Assembly (NCBI RefSeq): GCF_006345805.1
Contig: NC_043003.1
Span: 56,730,001-56,794,000, forward strand
Source of the DNA: Octopus sinensis
Taxonomy: Eukaryota
Length of the DNA stretch: 64,000 nt
Direction: 5' to 3'
Shown: positions 28,051 to 40,208 of the stretch, piece by piece
How the letters are laid out: the number at the start of each line of letters is the position of its first letter
Position numbering within the stretch: the stretch's first letter is position 1
Notes under the pieces: model-generated
The model's database searches: none
What the model was told of the DNA's origin: nothing
Seen by the model: the letters and a program-made list of their open reading frames with translations, nothing else
Program-made: the position numbers and the translations under genes

Positions 28051-28172
28051 TCTTTCTGTGCGTCTCTCCTTACTAATGATCTGCCATTTTGTATATATAC
28101 ATAAGTATACCTCTTTCAAATCGCGTTTTGTGACAGACACATATGCACACGCATATATATATATATAATATA

Positions 28173-28212
<40 letters not shown>

Positions 28213-29255
28213 TATTATATATATATATATATATATGCCATTGCTTCATATCTTCAAATCTCAGCATTTCCATAGACATTAATTTTCGAGATGTTTTGTT
28301 TTGTATGGGGGTACAACATTCTGAAGTAGAATGGTCAAATCCATTCAACCGTGTGGTTAGACTTTAGCGACAACAATAGCCAAAAAACTGTCATAACGTA
28401 GGAGTGGAATTGTCAGGTACAGAGAGGTATTGACAGATAAAGAGAGGAGACCAAAGACAAGCAACTTCATCCATTTTTAACATTGCTTAACTTCGAAGGT
28501 ATTTTTAACGGGATGGGAAATGAGGTCAGCATAGAGCTCTCTTCAATAATCCAAGTAACGCCATGTTCATATTGCATCTGATCGTCTTCCTTTGAAGTCT
28601 TCTAGGTTTTGAAGAATTTTTGATGTTGTTACAAATAAATTATGCTAACAAATTTATTTTTGATATAGTTAAAAAAATAAATGGCCTTGCGTGTGTGCAT
28701 GTACATGTTTGCGTGTGTGTGTATATGTTTCAGCATATGTATTCGGGTGAACGAAGTTTAAATATTCGGCTGAAATTTTAGGGAGAAATAGTGAAAATAT
28801 TCACATCATCACTATATATATATATATATTTATATATATATAACCCATACACACACTCACACACACATACATACATATATGCTTGTATAATGAATTTACC
28901 TTTTATACATTGCCTTTTCATCCAAACTAAAGAACAGGTATTTACCCATGTGGTAAAATATTTGGCACTCATAAAAAGCTCGTATTTACTCAACCATTTA
29001 AGGCTAAACTTATTTTATTTGTGAGGTTCATTTTAAGTACCAGCAACATTAGTGTTCTATTGTACGATGTAGTTCGATAAGTCTTGTTAAGATTAGGTTT
29101 ATTACACTACTTTGTCAGGTTTTGCTTTTCTCCTCACAGGTCCAGAGCAATCAACCTCAATTATTTCTCTAATGGACACCGGGTTTCAGGTTGCGTGTAG
29201 CACTCAAAATTGACATGATATTTTTTTAACACACACTCATATACATATTTATGCA

Positions 29256-29299
<44 letters not shown>

Positions 29300-30312
29300 A
29301 TATATAATATATATATGCATGCATAAATATGTATACATTCATACATACGTACATACACACACATACAAATATATATATACATCTTGATAAATAACATGCA
29401 TTTATACAAATATATATATATCCACACACACACACACACTCACAATATTATGCATATACACATGCATAGTCGCATATTCATGCATACACAATCACAAACA
29501 CACATACACACACTTATATATGAAAGACAGAGAAGGTGTGAAAGAACTTGAGAAATAAATTTAACTCATTATATGATGCGGAAAAATCAGTAAGTAGAAA
29601 GGAATCCAGTTATAAAACCCATCAGGTTTGTTTTGTTCGGCGCACCCTTGCAAGTGGGAGGATTGGAGGTTATGTTTCAACAGTTTTGTCACTGAGTTAA
29701 TTACGAACTTAAAGTGCTCCTAGTATATTATTTACTCTCAATAAAACACGAATGGAGAACTGGAAATCCTATCTTATAAAGGCAAATAGATAAGAAAACG
29801 GGCGAGTAAAAAAAGAAGGAAAAGACGAGAAAGAATGAGAAAGGAGGAAGAAAAGGGTATAAGAAAAGTAAAACACAAAAGAATGGAAAATTGAAGTAAT
29901 CCGATAGTGGAAACAATCGTTTATATTTATTACATATTATTGAAATAGTACTGATACAGAAATATGAATATGGAATGGAAAATAAAAGTGTATATTAGGA
30001 GTGGTGTTGTCGAGTAGAACGGTTTTGTAAATAAATTGTGTTAGCTGGTCATATGTACTAGCTGTATAGTGTAAGAAATGCTAAGAATTGAACTTAAGGC
30101 GTTAAGATATATAAGTTAACATGTCTATATTTTATTGGTGTAGTAGATTTGGATTAACGGAGACGACTATCGGCAAATTCATAGCGGTGTAAATAACGAA
30201 ATATTCAGACTTATGAATGAATATTCAAAATGGTTGCAATTCTGGTTTCTGAGAGAAAACGCGTCATGACACATACGAGCACACACACACACAGACACAC
30301 ACATACACACGC

Positions 30313-30343
<31 letters not shown>

Positions 30344-30381
30344 CAAGCAAGTTTGTATCTGTATATATATATATATATATA

Positions 30382-30423
<42 letters not shown>

Positions 30424-30488
30424 CTTCGGTAAAAACATAAATCCGAAGGAAGGAGCACACTTAAGATATGGTAAAGTATATACTAAAT

Positions 30489-30711
30489 ATGGCGAAGGCC
30501 GGTTTATGAGATTATATTAGGTTTGCCGTCCCTAAGGGATTTAGCTTTATGGCGTATCATCATTTCCAAAAACCTGGCCCAATGCCTTTTAAGAATATGG
30601 ATGTTTAAGAAACCTTGGACGAAAAGGATTTGGGATCAGACGACACGCCACAGAGATAAACACTCAATGGGCGGGAAGCCGATGGTAATCTCATAAACCG
30701 GCCCTCTCCAT
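30489..30711. mobile_element. About 220-bp element bounded by 26-bp inverted repeats, next to (TA)n
   Basis: atggcgaaggccggtttatgagatta (30489-30514) versus taatctcataaaccggccctctccat (30686-30711). Confidence 0.55.
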
Positions 30712-31203
30712 TATATATATATATATATATATAATTATATATAAAAAAATTTGCGTAACAAGTTTAAAAACCGAGGCTGTGCAGATATTAGAGATAGATG
30801 GTTTTACATCTGTTTCTAGGAATTTTATTAATAATATCCCTTCATCGGAGACGGTGTGAGAGGATAGTTAAGTCATAGTTAGTTTAGATGTGATACAAAA
30901 TAGTGAGTGAGGTGGAGGAAAGAAAATAGATGCAAGATATGTATGGGTATTGAAGTTGTAAATCCATTTTTTAGGCATAATGGTATATAAGCAATATTCC
31001 AAAATCCTTTGAGTAAAATCCAAAAGTCCAACAGAGTTTAATATGAGTCCTTCCAAATATAGAGTTCATAAGCAATGTACGATTCCCTTATGAGTGAGAT
31101 CCAGTAGACTTTTAAACTTGGTCATTCCCAATAGAGAATGTATATACAGTGTTGCAGAATCAAAGGTTTGCATTTAAAGTGACCTACTATATATATGTAT
31201 ATA

Positions 31204-31280
<77 letters not shown>

Positions 31281-31498
31281 AGCAGAGACCGAATGCTATA
31301 TATACATATATCAAAAACTATGTATTCATCATTTTATACAGAAAATCTTCACATGAACACACATATACATAGACATACATATCTGCACACTGATGTAAGT
31401 ATGTGTATATGATTGTGTGTATGAACGTTTCTATATGTCTATCTATATGTGTGTACATATATATATATGTGTGTGTGTATATATCTACATATATATGC

Positions 31499-31531
<33 letters not shown>

Positions 31532-31670
31532 CGTATATATTCATATATATCTATATATATATATATATACGCGTATATATATACACATATTATATATATA
31601 TATGTATACATACATATATACAAATATATGTTTACATATATATAGATGTAAATATATATTTATGTATATA

Positions 31671-31720
<50 letters not shown>

Positions 31721-32367
31721 ACAATACACATACGTATGCATTAAATCATGCATATTCCTATATCTACCTACACAGCCTCACATATAAACGCACACAATTA
31801 TATAGCACATATGTACGTCAACTTGACACATTTAAATACTTATGTGTGTGTGTGTGCGTGTATATTTCTCTGTGTGTGCCTGAATAAGTGTATGTGTGTA
31901 TGTATGCACGTGCTAGTGTGTAGAATATATATATACATATACTTTAATTTTCAGATTCTGACAATGGTGAAACAACTCAACCGTCAAGACAATAAAATAA
32001 TTATTGGAACATAGCTAATCTTATTAAAGTTTATTTTTGGATCTTAGTATCTAAAAACGGGCTTATACTAATCTAAAAATCATATTTGTATATTCAAATT
32101 TAATAAGCCACGGTGTATAGAAAAGCTAAGTAAACTAAAATGAGAAAAAAAAAATAGCGGGTGACCGTGATAACTAGTGGTCCTAAATATTACTGCAAAT
32201 AAACTTTGTGAAAAGGCAGCCAATGTGAATAGTAATAGAGAGAATGGAGAAAACATAAAAGGCATATGTATGTATGCATGCATGTACATATATATATACA
32301 TATGTATATAAGTATACATATATATGAATATATTTATATATTTATATATATGTATGTATATATACAT

Positions 32368-32405
<38 letters not shown>

Positions 32406-32489
32406 ATGTATGTATGTATGTATGTATATATATATATATGTGTGTGTATGTATGTATGTATATTATATATATATTATGTGTATGTATGT

Positions 32490-32520
<31 letters not shown>

Positions 32521-32728
32521 TATGTATGTATGTATTATATATATATATATAATATGTATGTATGTATGCATATATATATATATGTATGTATGTATGTATA
32601 TATATTATATATATATGTATATATATGATATATATATATAATATATATATGTATGTATATGTATATATGTATATAATATATATATTATATCTATATATAT
32701 ATATTCATATATATATATTATATATATG

Positions 32729-32776
<48 letters not shown>

Positions 32777-32788
32777 TATATAATATAT

Positions 32789-32831
<43 letters not shown>

Positions 32832-32848
32832 ATATATATTATATTATA

Positions 32849-33106
32849 AGAAGAATTGAGGTAATCAGAAGATCGGATGGTTTATATTTACAGATATTTA
32901 TTTATATATTACATTTTATATATATATATCATATCACTTAGATCATTAGCGCTTTCTCCCATTCTAGTGGGGTTTTCAAATCAAACCCCACTAGGATGGG
33001 AGAAAGCTATGATCTAGTGATATGATATCTATATATAAAAATGTAATATATAAATAAATATCTGTAAATATAAACCATCCGATCTTCTGATTACCTCATT
33101 TCTTCT
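32849..33106. repeat. Long fold-back palindrome (arms about 125 bp, 7-nt loop)
   Basis: agaagaattgaggtaatcagaagatcggatgg...gtggggttt, loop tcaaatc, then aaaccccac...ccatccgatcttctgattacctcatttcttct; few mismatches or indels. Confidence 0.95.
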
Positions 33107-33139
33107 AATATATAATACCTGTACATCATCTTCAAACCT

Positions 33140-33223
<84 letters not shown>

Positions 33224-33239
33224 TGTATGTATGTACGTA

Positions 33240-33315
<76 letters not shown>

Positions 33316-33329
33316 TGTATGTATGCCGG

Positions 33330-33705
33330 CTACATCGGCTAGAGTACTGGACTAGTACTTAATTTATCGACCCTTCGACCACGATAGTTGACATCGATAT
33401 TGGCAGAATGTTAGCTCAGGAATGCAAAGACGGACGAAATGCTCCTAAGCTTTCTATCCGACATCGTTACGTTTATGCCTTCTCGCAGCATTAATAAATA
33501 TAATAAATATAGGCACAATACCTTAAATTTTAAGGTTGGGATATAATCAATAAAATCGACCCCAGTGCTCACCTGTTACTTATTTCGTCGACCCCGAAAT
33601 GGTGAAAGACAAAGCTGACGGTGGCGAATTGAGCTCTGAACGGTAAGACGGACGAAATGCCGCGAAGCATTCTCCCCGGCGTGTTAACGATTGTACTAGC
33701 TTGCT
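33330..33705 (-). mobile_element. Two tandem degraded family-C SINE copies
   Basis: Two units containing tcgacc...gacggacgaaatgc in the same orientation. Confidence 0.65.
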
Positions 33706-34339
33706 GCTTTTAGTTATACTAGTAATGAGGTATATTGTTATATACAATTGTAGATAATTACAAAAAAAAAAACATAGGAAAGATATGATATAGCCGTAAA
33801 AAAAAGCAGAGTTAAATTTTCATGAAGACCACCGTGGCTTATGCAAACTAAAAGAAAAGTATTTTATTTTCCAACCTTTTGAAATGAAATGATAAATGTA
33901 TACAAACTCTTTGTGATTGAACTTAGTGGAAAAAAGGAGATGATACTTATTCATGTTAGTGTATTAGATTAATTTAGTAGGTTTTATGTTGTTTTATTGC
34001 TTTGTGTGTGATTATCAGTTCTTTCTGGTTTCAAAGAATAACATCGAGTACGTAAACAAATAATAGTTAGGTTGGCGTTGCCTGTGTCGCCAACCCATAT
34101 ATTATCTGTTGACGAATTATCTATCAAAAAAAATTGGCGAAAGTAATCTTTCCGAACGGATAACAATATGCCAGTTTAACTAAAAACAAAACTTATAGAT
34201 AAGTAGATATAAATTTGGAGAAGTAAATTGTTGAGATAATGAGCAATAAATGAAAAAGTGTGTATGCGAGCGTTGATAAGATTTGAAAAAAAATCTTGCG
34301 CTGACATAATCTGAAAGTGCGATTTAAGACCACTAAATA

Positions 34340-35030
34340 AATTGCACATCGCAATATAAATTCGATATAACATAGATTAGAAGTATTGGAATGGTTTGAA
34401 AATTGTGTGCTTGTAAGAAATTAATCCTTCGAAATGTCTGTGGAATAGGATTTTCTTGGTATCTATAATTCTCAAGGTATTTGTAGTAGAAAATGAGGAA
34501 GGCTGTAGTTACTTATTAAGTATTTAGCCAAACCAATATTATTCTAGTGTTGTTTTTAGCGCATGATTTATTCTTACAATCCCAAATATAGATGGAAAGA
34601 GTTGTAGCCTTTAATTTTAGTAAGATGAGTGTTTCGAAATTTTGAGGGACGAGGAACGAAGCCCCGCCGTTCGATTTTATAGCTTTCACATTTTGTAATT
34701 TGCATAAGTGGGTTTACATTTACTTCAACAGTTTCGAGTCAAAGGAAACAATAGTGAGAGTTGCAATTGGAAGAATTTTAACAATTAAAGATACAATTAA
34801 TTCGATTAGATTTATGTTAGAGATAGTAAAGATTAGTCTCATTGGTCAAGCCTGAGTAAGGTATTTTTCAGTTCATTTATATGTAAATGCTTTAATATAT
34901 AATTTTGAAGGACATAAAGCAATATTGACGGGAAATTGTATTTTGAATTGCGGATTGGATTATGCAAGTCATTTATATTATTGGAAATAATCTACTTATA
35001 GTAATAACTAGAAACCTGAGGAACAACTTA
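34340..35030 (-). mobile_element. Highly degraded Penelope-like GIY-YIG (C-terminal) fragment
   Basis: Minus-strand remnants in the expected order across frameshifts: KIPYSGLTN (KISYSC-like), CNSHYC(F)PLTRNC (CNC..CPL-like) and ATTLSIYIWDCKNK. Confidence 0.55.
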
Positions 35031-35261
35031 AGTGCTAACATGTTGTGTAATCCAATTAAAACATTCTTAACTCCTAAGATTCATTCATATCTGTACGACT
35101 TTTGACCTCATAACTATATCTCTACATTGTCTCTCTCTCTCACACACACACACAAATACACACACACACGCACACACACATACATAGACTTACAGGCGCA
35201 AACACACGTAACTTAAGAGTATTTTCAGAAAATGCAGATTCACACAGGTGTATATCAGTAT

Positions 35262-35470
35262 CCTTTCTTCAGTTCCTTTGATTCAGTGTGGAGCAGTATG
35301 CCAAGAATTAGAACTACGTTTATTTCCCCCTTTGGTAATGGGTTCCAGGTCAACACAGCTTTAATCATCTACCACTCGGACTTTCAAATGTCTTTGCATT
35401 ACTTCGTACGCATTCTCTCAGGACTGCTTCCCCGTATCAGGACATGTTTCATATTTTCTCTTGTTGGCGT
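35262..35470 (-). mobile_element. Old RTE-type LINE 3' fragment (copy 1)
   Basis: Homologous to 36885-37095; minus strand ends AYCSTLNQR, resembling the terminal LCS motif of RTE-clade ORFs. Confidence 0.45.
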
Positions 35471-35486
35471 ATAACTATATAGGCGT

Positions 35487-35681
35487 AGACGTGGCTGTGT
35501 AGTAAGAAGCTTGTTTCCTAACCACATGGTTCCGGGTTCAGTCCCACTGTGTGGCATATTAGACATGTACCATCTGTTATAGATTCGGGTGGATCAAAAC
35601 TTTGTGAGTGGATTTGGTAGACGGAAACTGAAAACCCATCGTGTATACACACACACACACACACACACACCACACACACAC

Positions 35682-35739
<58 letters not shown>

Positions 35740-35890
35740 CGCCTTTGTTCGGCAAAGGAGAGTTCGATAGAATAAGTATTAGGCTTCAAAAATAAGACCT
35801 GAGGTCGATTTGTAAGACTAAAAACCCATTGAAGGCAGTCCTCCAACATGGCTGCAGTCAGATGACTGATACATGTAAAAGAATAAGAGG
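35487..35890 (+). mobile_element. SINE family A with internal deletions and (CA)n(TA)n
   Basis: Head taggcgtagacgtggctgtgtagtaag; 3' end gcagtcagatgactgatacatgtaaaagaataag. Confidence 0.8.
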
Positions 35891-36289
35891 ATATAACAAT
35901 AAACACACCCAAACGCATACACACACACCACACACATCTAGTATATATGAAGCCCAGTATGCATGTGTATAATGACTAATGCATATTTTATCCAAACGTT
36001 ACAAACGCATCACTTATGTCCCAAGGATGGTCATGCACTATGACATTTTGTACAGAGCACCCACGTAAATGAACGTAAATGGACATAGTTTTTATACGTA
36101 GGATCTTCCATACTTTTTAAATCTTTTTATAAAAGTGAAAGGATTTTGTCTATTTATTTCGACTGTCCAACTGCGCAGTGACCCAGTCAGGAAACAGGAT
36201 TTAGAAGCTGTCATTTTTTTTTCATGTATATAAATGTTTGTGTTAATTTAAATGATTTATTCAAAAAATCTTATTTAGATGTTATTTTT

Positions 36290-36420
36290 AGGTACTTCTC
36301 ATTTTTGCCAGCTGAGTAAACTGGAGCAACGTGAAATAAAGTATCTTGCTTAACACAACGGTCCGCCAGGTATTGAACTCATGACTATAAGCCATAACCA
36401 CTTAGCCACACGTCTTCACT
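36290..36420 (-). mobile_element. SINE family B head fragment
   Basis: catttttgccagctgagtaaactggagcaacgtgaaat is the reverse complement of the segment in 56770-57015. Confidence 0.7.
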
Positions 36421-36884
36421 AGACGCATATATACAAAGAACTATGTAATGGCTATGTGAGGTATACAGCTGGAGACGATGTTCTCCTGGGGCTACAAGCT
36501 ACAGTAACACCAACCCTTAGTGATTAGCCATATTGAGATGGCAAGTATACCTCACATGGTCGTGCAGTTACTGTTTATACCTCGTTCAGAGATTTATTAT
36601 GTAATGGCTGATTTCTAAGAAAGCATAATCTGCTTCTCATCTATTTTCTTGAACACATTTCTAAACTGATGACAACTTTTGAACATCATGTATGATATTT
36701 GACTTTCAAAACATTGTTTCGGTGGGTGGAAGTTACAGATTGCTGACGGTTATGTATTCTTTCTATGCTACGTAGCAGACGACAGTGTACTGACGTTGCC
36801 TGAGTGCTTTTACATCATTTTTGATGATCCACCTCACCAAGGCACCGATATAGACCTTTTCACTTATTACTATTAAAGCTTTCT

Positions 36885-37095
36885 TTCTACAACTCCTTTG
36901 ACTCCATGGGGAGCATAGTGTGCTAAAAAGAGAACGCCACATGTTTCGCTCTTTGGTAATGGATTGCAGGTATATTCAAGTTTGACCACCAGTCACAGGT
37001 CCTTTCTAGATTCCTTGCATTACTTCATACGAAATCTCCGAGGACTACATCCCCATATCAGGACCTGTTTCCTATTTCTTGTTGATAGTGCTGGT
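36885..37095 (-). mobile_element. Old RTE-type LINE 3' fragment (copy 2)
   Basis: Minus strand gives RKQVLIWG and ERNMWRSLFSTLCSPWSQR (DR..WR....LCS-like); homologous to 35262-35470. Confidence 0.5.
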
Positions 37096-37639
37096 CTGCT
37101 AACCATAATCTACAGAACTCTTTTTCTCTCAGACAAACGTGGGAACGACTACGGCAAAATTGACACGAGAGTTGCTTATGCATTTTGTAGATGTGTGCCG
37201 TTGCTTCTATTATAATTTAATTTCAGCGAAGTCCTTACCATTTAATAAATAGGGTGCTGATTTGCGATAGCTGGAAGCCTTTTCATGAAAATTCATAATT
37301 TTGGCTCTGATAGCAGCAGAAATAGTAACTGTAGACATGTTCATAACTTTGAGAGAAAATTAAATTTGAGGGAAGGCAAACAAAATACTGGTTAATATAG
37401 GACGACTATCATTTCTATCGGATTGTTGAAAAGTATACATCTAAAGCACAGGCTTCCTATTTATTGCCGTTCCATTATTCCTAAGTAATACAAAAAAGGT
37501 ATTAATCTTCGAAATGTGTTATGCAAGATAAATAAATGAAGGCTAATAATTGCATATAAATATGTTTGTGTTGGTGTATGCGTCCGAGGGCCTGTGCGTG
37601 ATGTGTATGTGTGTGTGTGTGAATAAATATATAGGTATG

Positions 37640-37688
<49 letters not shown>

Positions 37689-38419
37689 TACATACCTAAT
37701 ATATACATACACACACATATAATATACATACATATATATATGCACATATATATATATATATATATATATATACCTACATGTACTTTTATAAATGTATACA
37801 CATAGAGTCACATACATGCATGCTTGTGTATATGTGTAGTACAAATACATGAATTAATCGATCTATTTATTTATCTATCTATGTAGATGGATAGACAGAC
37901 ATTGATAGATAGAGAGTTAGAGAGAGAGATATATGATACATACATACATGCATACATAACAAATCGCCTCATCACTTCATTTAAGCATTTCTTAGTAAAT
38001 ACAAAGCAGTTATCTCAAATTTCTGGGAACTTTCCATTCGTGTGTACGTATATATATATATCTGTGTGTATGTGTGGTGCGTACTAGTGTATACATCACT
38101 AAATCTGAAAATGCTTATATTTCCTGCAATGGGTATATCTCCACAATACACAACAAATCAATGAATCGAAAATGTAATAACTTATATTTGAAATGAGAAC
38201 AGACTTTACCTTTTGAATTTCAATGTATTTGTCCCAGTACAAATATTTAAACTCTGAATATTAGATTTAAGCCCGGTAATGAATGCTGGTTAACCCAATC
38301 CAATAAACTACCGCTATAATAATATCAACAACAACAATAACAAACATCAACAACAACAACAACAACAACAACAATAATAATAATAATAACAACAATAATA
38401 ATAATAATGATAATGATTT

Positions 38420-38539
38420 CAAATTATTCCGCAAGGACAGCAATTTGTTGTGAGGATGACTCGATGACACCGGAATCATTTTCAACTTGTACTTCTTTTA
38501 TCGACCCCGAGAGGATGAAAGGCAAATGCGATCTCTACG

Positions 38540-38540
<1 letters not shown>
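38420..38540 (-). mobile_element. SINE family C fragment embedded in an (AAC/AAT)n tract
   Basis: tttatcgaccccgagaggatgaaaggcaaatgcg lies between triplet tracts at 38325-38412 and 38541-38606. Confidence 0.75.
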
Positions 38541-38595
<55 letters not shown>

Positions 38596-38619
38596 TAATA
38601 ATAATAAAACGGATATAAA

Positions 38620-39885
38620 ATGTTTGATAAAAATATAAATCATCTCATTTACATGGATGATTTAAAGCTCTTTGCAAAAAATGACCAACAACTCAAGGGC
38701 TTACTAGCGATTGTGAAACAATTCAGTGATGACATCAGAATGCAATTTGGCCTCGATAAGTGTGCAAAAGCTATCTTTATCAACGGAAAAATGACAGAAA
38801 CATCTAACGTTAACCTTGACCAGCAGAATGTCATAAAAGAATTAGACCCAGCAGAGAACTACAAGTATCTAAGGATAATTAAAGGAGAAGGAATAAGGCA
38901 TTCAGAGATGAAGGAAAGGATCAGGAGAGAATGTTATCGCAGAGTAAGAGCAATACTCAAGACAGAGCTGAATGCGAGAAACAGGATCGAAGCGATCAAT
39001 GCATTAGCCATACCAGTCGTGACTTACAGTTTCAATATCGTTAACTGGTTAATTGCTGAAATATGTAATCTTGACAGAAAAATACGAAAACTGTTGACAA
39101 TGCATAGAATGCACCACCCTAAGGCAGATACAGAACGACTTTATCTGCCAAGAAAAGAGGGAGGCCGTGGACTTTTACAACTGGCAATAACAATGAAGAT
39201 TGCTACAATTGGCCTAGACACCTACCGGAAAAACTCTGAGGACTGGATGTTAAAACTTGTCTCAAAACATGAAAACAAGAAAGCATCATACTCAGTAACA
39301 AAACAGGCAAAGGAATATCTAAGTGAATTCCGAATACAACAAATTTCGGAATTTGAGATAGACATACAAGAAACAGGCACAGGGAAAGCTAAGCGCATGA
39401 AAACCCGTGCTAAATCTGCGGTCTTAGATATTCTGAATGATAAATGGCAAGAAAAACCTCTCTATGGCAAATACCCAAAGAGAGCAAATAATGCAGATGT
39501 TGACAAAGCCCTGACCCATCAATGGCTAATGGCCTCTGGCTTAAAATCTGAAACAGAGGGGTTTATCATAGCAGCTCAAGATCAATGTCAACCAACAAGA
39601 AACTACCAGGCCAACATATTAAAGATCAGAAGCAGTCCAACGTGTCGTGTATGCCAACAACAAAATGAAACCATTGATCATGTCGTCTCCAAGTTCAGTC
39701 TTCTAGCGCCTACAGAGTATCTCAACAGGCACGATAGAGCTGGACAATATATTCACTGGGTAATCTGCAAAACCTGGATTTGCCCCATGAAAAAAACTGG
39801 TGGGAACGCAAACCACCCCCAGTGCTTGAAAATGACCACATCTCACTCCTCTGGAACTTCACCATTCAAACTGACAGAAAGATAG
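38620..39885 (+). CDS. Retrotransposon ORF part 1: RT (YMDD) C-terminal half, thumb, zinc knuckle; out of frame after about 39770
   Basis: 421-aa open frame with YMDDLKLFAK, FGLDKCAK, YKYL, AAQDQ, CRVCQQQNETIDHVVS and YLNRHD. A 1-nt deletion in the A-run at 39769-39772 shifts the frame. Confidence 0.9.
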   Translation: MFDKNINHLIYMDDLKLFAKNDQQLKGLLAIVKQFSDDIRMQFGLDKCAKAIFINGKMTETSNVNLDQQNVIKELDPAENYKYLRIIKGEGIRHSEMKERIRRECYRRVRAILKTELNARNRIEAINALAIPVVTYSFNIVNWLIAEICNLDRKIRKLLTMHRMHHPKADTERLYLPRKEGGRGLLQLAITMKIATIGLDTYRKNSEDWMLKLVSKHENKKASYSVTKQAKEYLSEFRIQQISEFEIDIQETGTGKAKRMKTRAKSAVLDILNDKWQEKPLYGKYPKRANNADVDKALTHQWLMASGLKSETEGFIIAAQDQCQPTRNYQANILKIRSSPTCRVCQQQNETIDHVVSKFSLLAPTEYLNRHDRAGQYIHWVICKTWICPMKKTGGNANHPQCLKMTTSHSSGTSPFKLTER

Positions 39886-40208
39886 ATGCAAATAGGCCCG
39901 ACATCATATTGAAAGACTTCAAACAAAGAACATGCCTCCTCATTGATATGACTGTCCCAATCGATATAGACGTATCTGTCAAGACCTACCAAAAACTGAG
40001 CAAATATAAAGATCTTGAAATAGAAATCAGGAAAATGTGGAACCTGAAGACTAAAACAATACCTGTTGTCATAGGTGCCCTGAGAATGATAGCAAAAGGG
40101 GCTGATAGCTACCTAACTCAGATACCAGGAAACCCCAAAATGGCAGAAATTCAAAAGATAGTGCTCATGGGAACTGCTCATATCCTACGCAAAATACTTT
40201 CTATGTAA
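39780..40208 (+). CDS. Retrotransposon ORF part 2: restriction-like endonuclease (RLE) domain
   Basis: LLWNFTIQTD, RPDIIL, LIDMTVP, KLSKYKDL, IPVVIGAL and QKIVLMGTAHILRK; continues the upstream frame once one A is restored. Confidence 0.9.
   Translation: MPHEKNWWERKPPPVLENDHISLLWNFTIQTDRKIDANRPDIILKDFKQRTCLLIDMTVPIDIDVSVKTYQKLSKYKDLEIEIRKMWNLKTKTIPVVIGALRMIAKGADSYLTQIPGNPKMAEIQKIVLMGTAHILRKILSM

Noticed and set aside
36460-36800. Possible transposase HTH remnant
   Set aside because: No interpretable motif in any frame.
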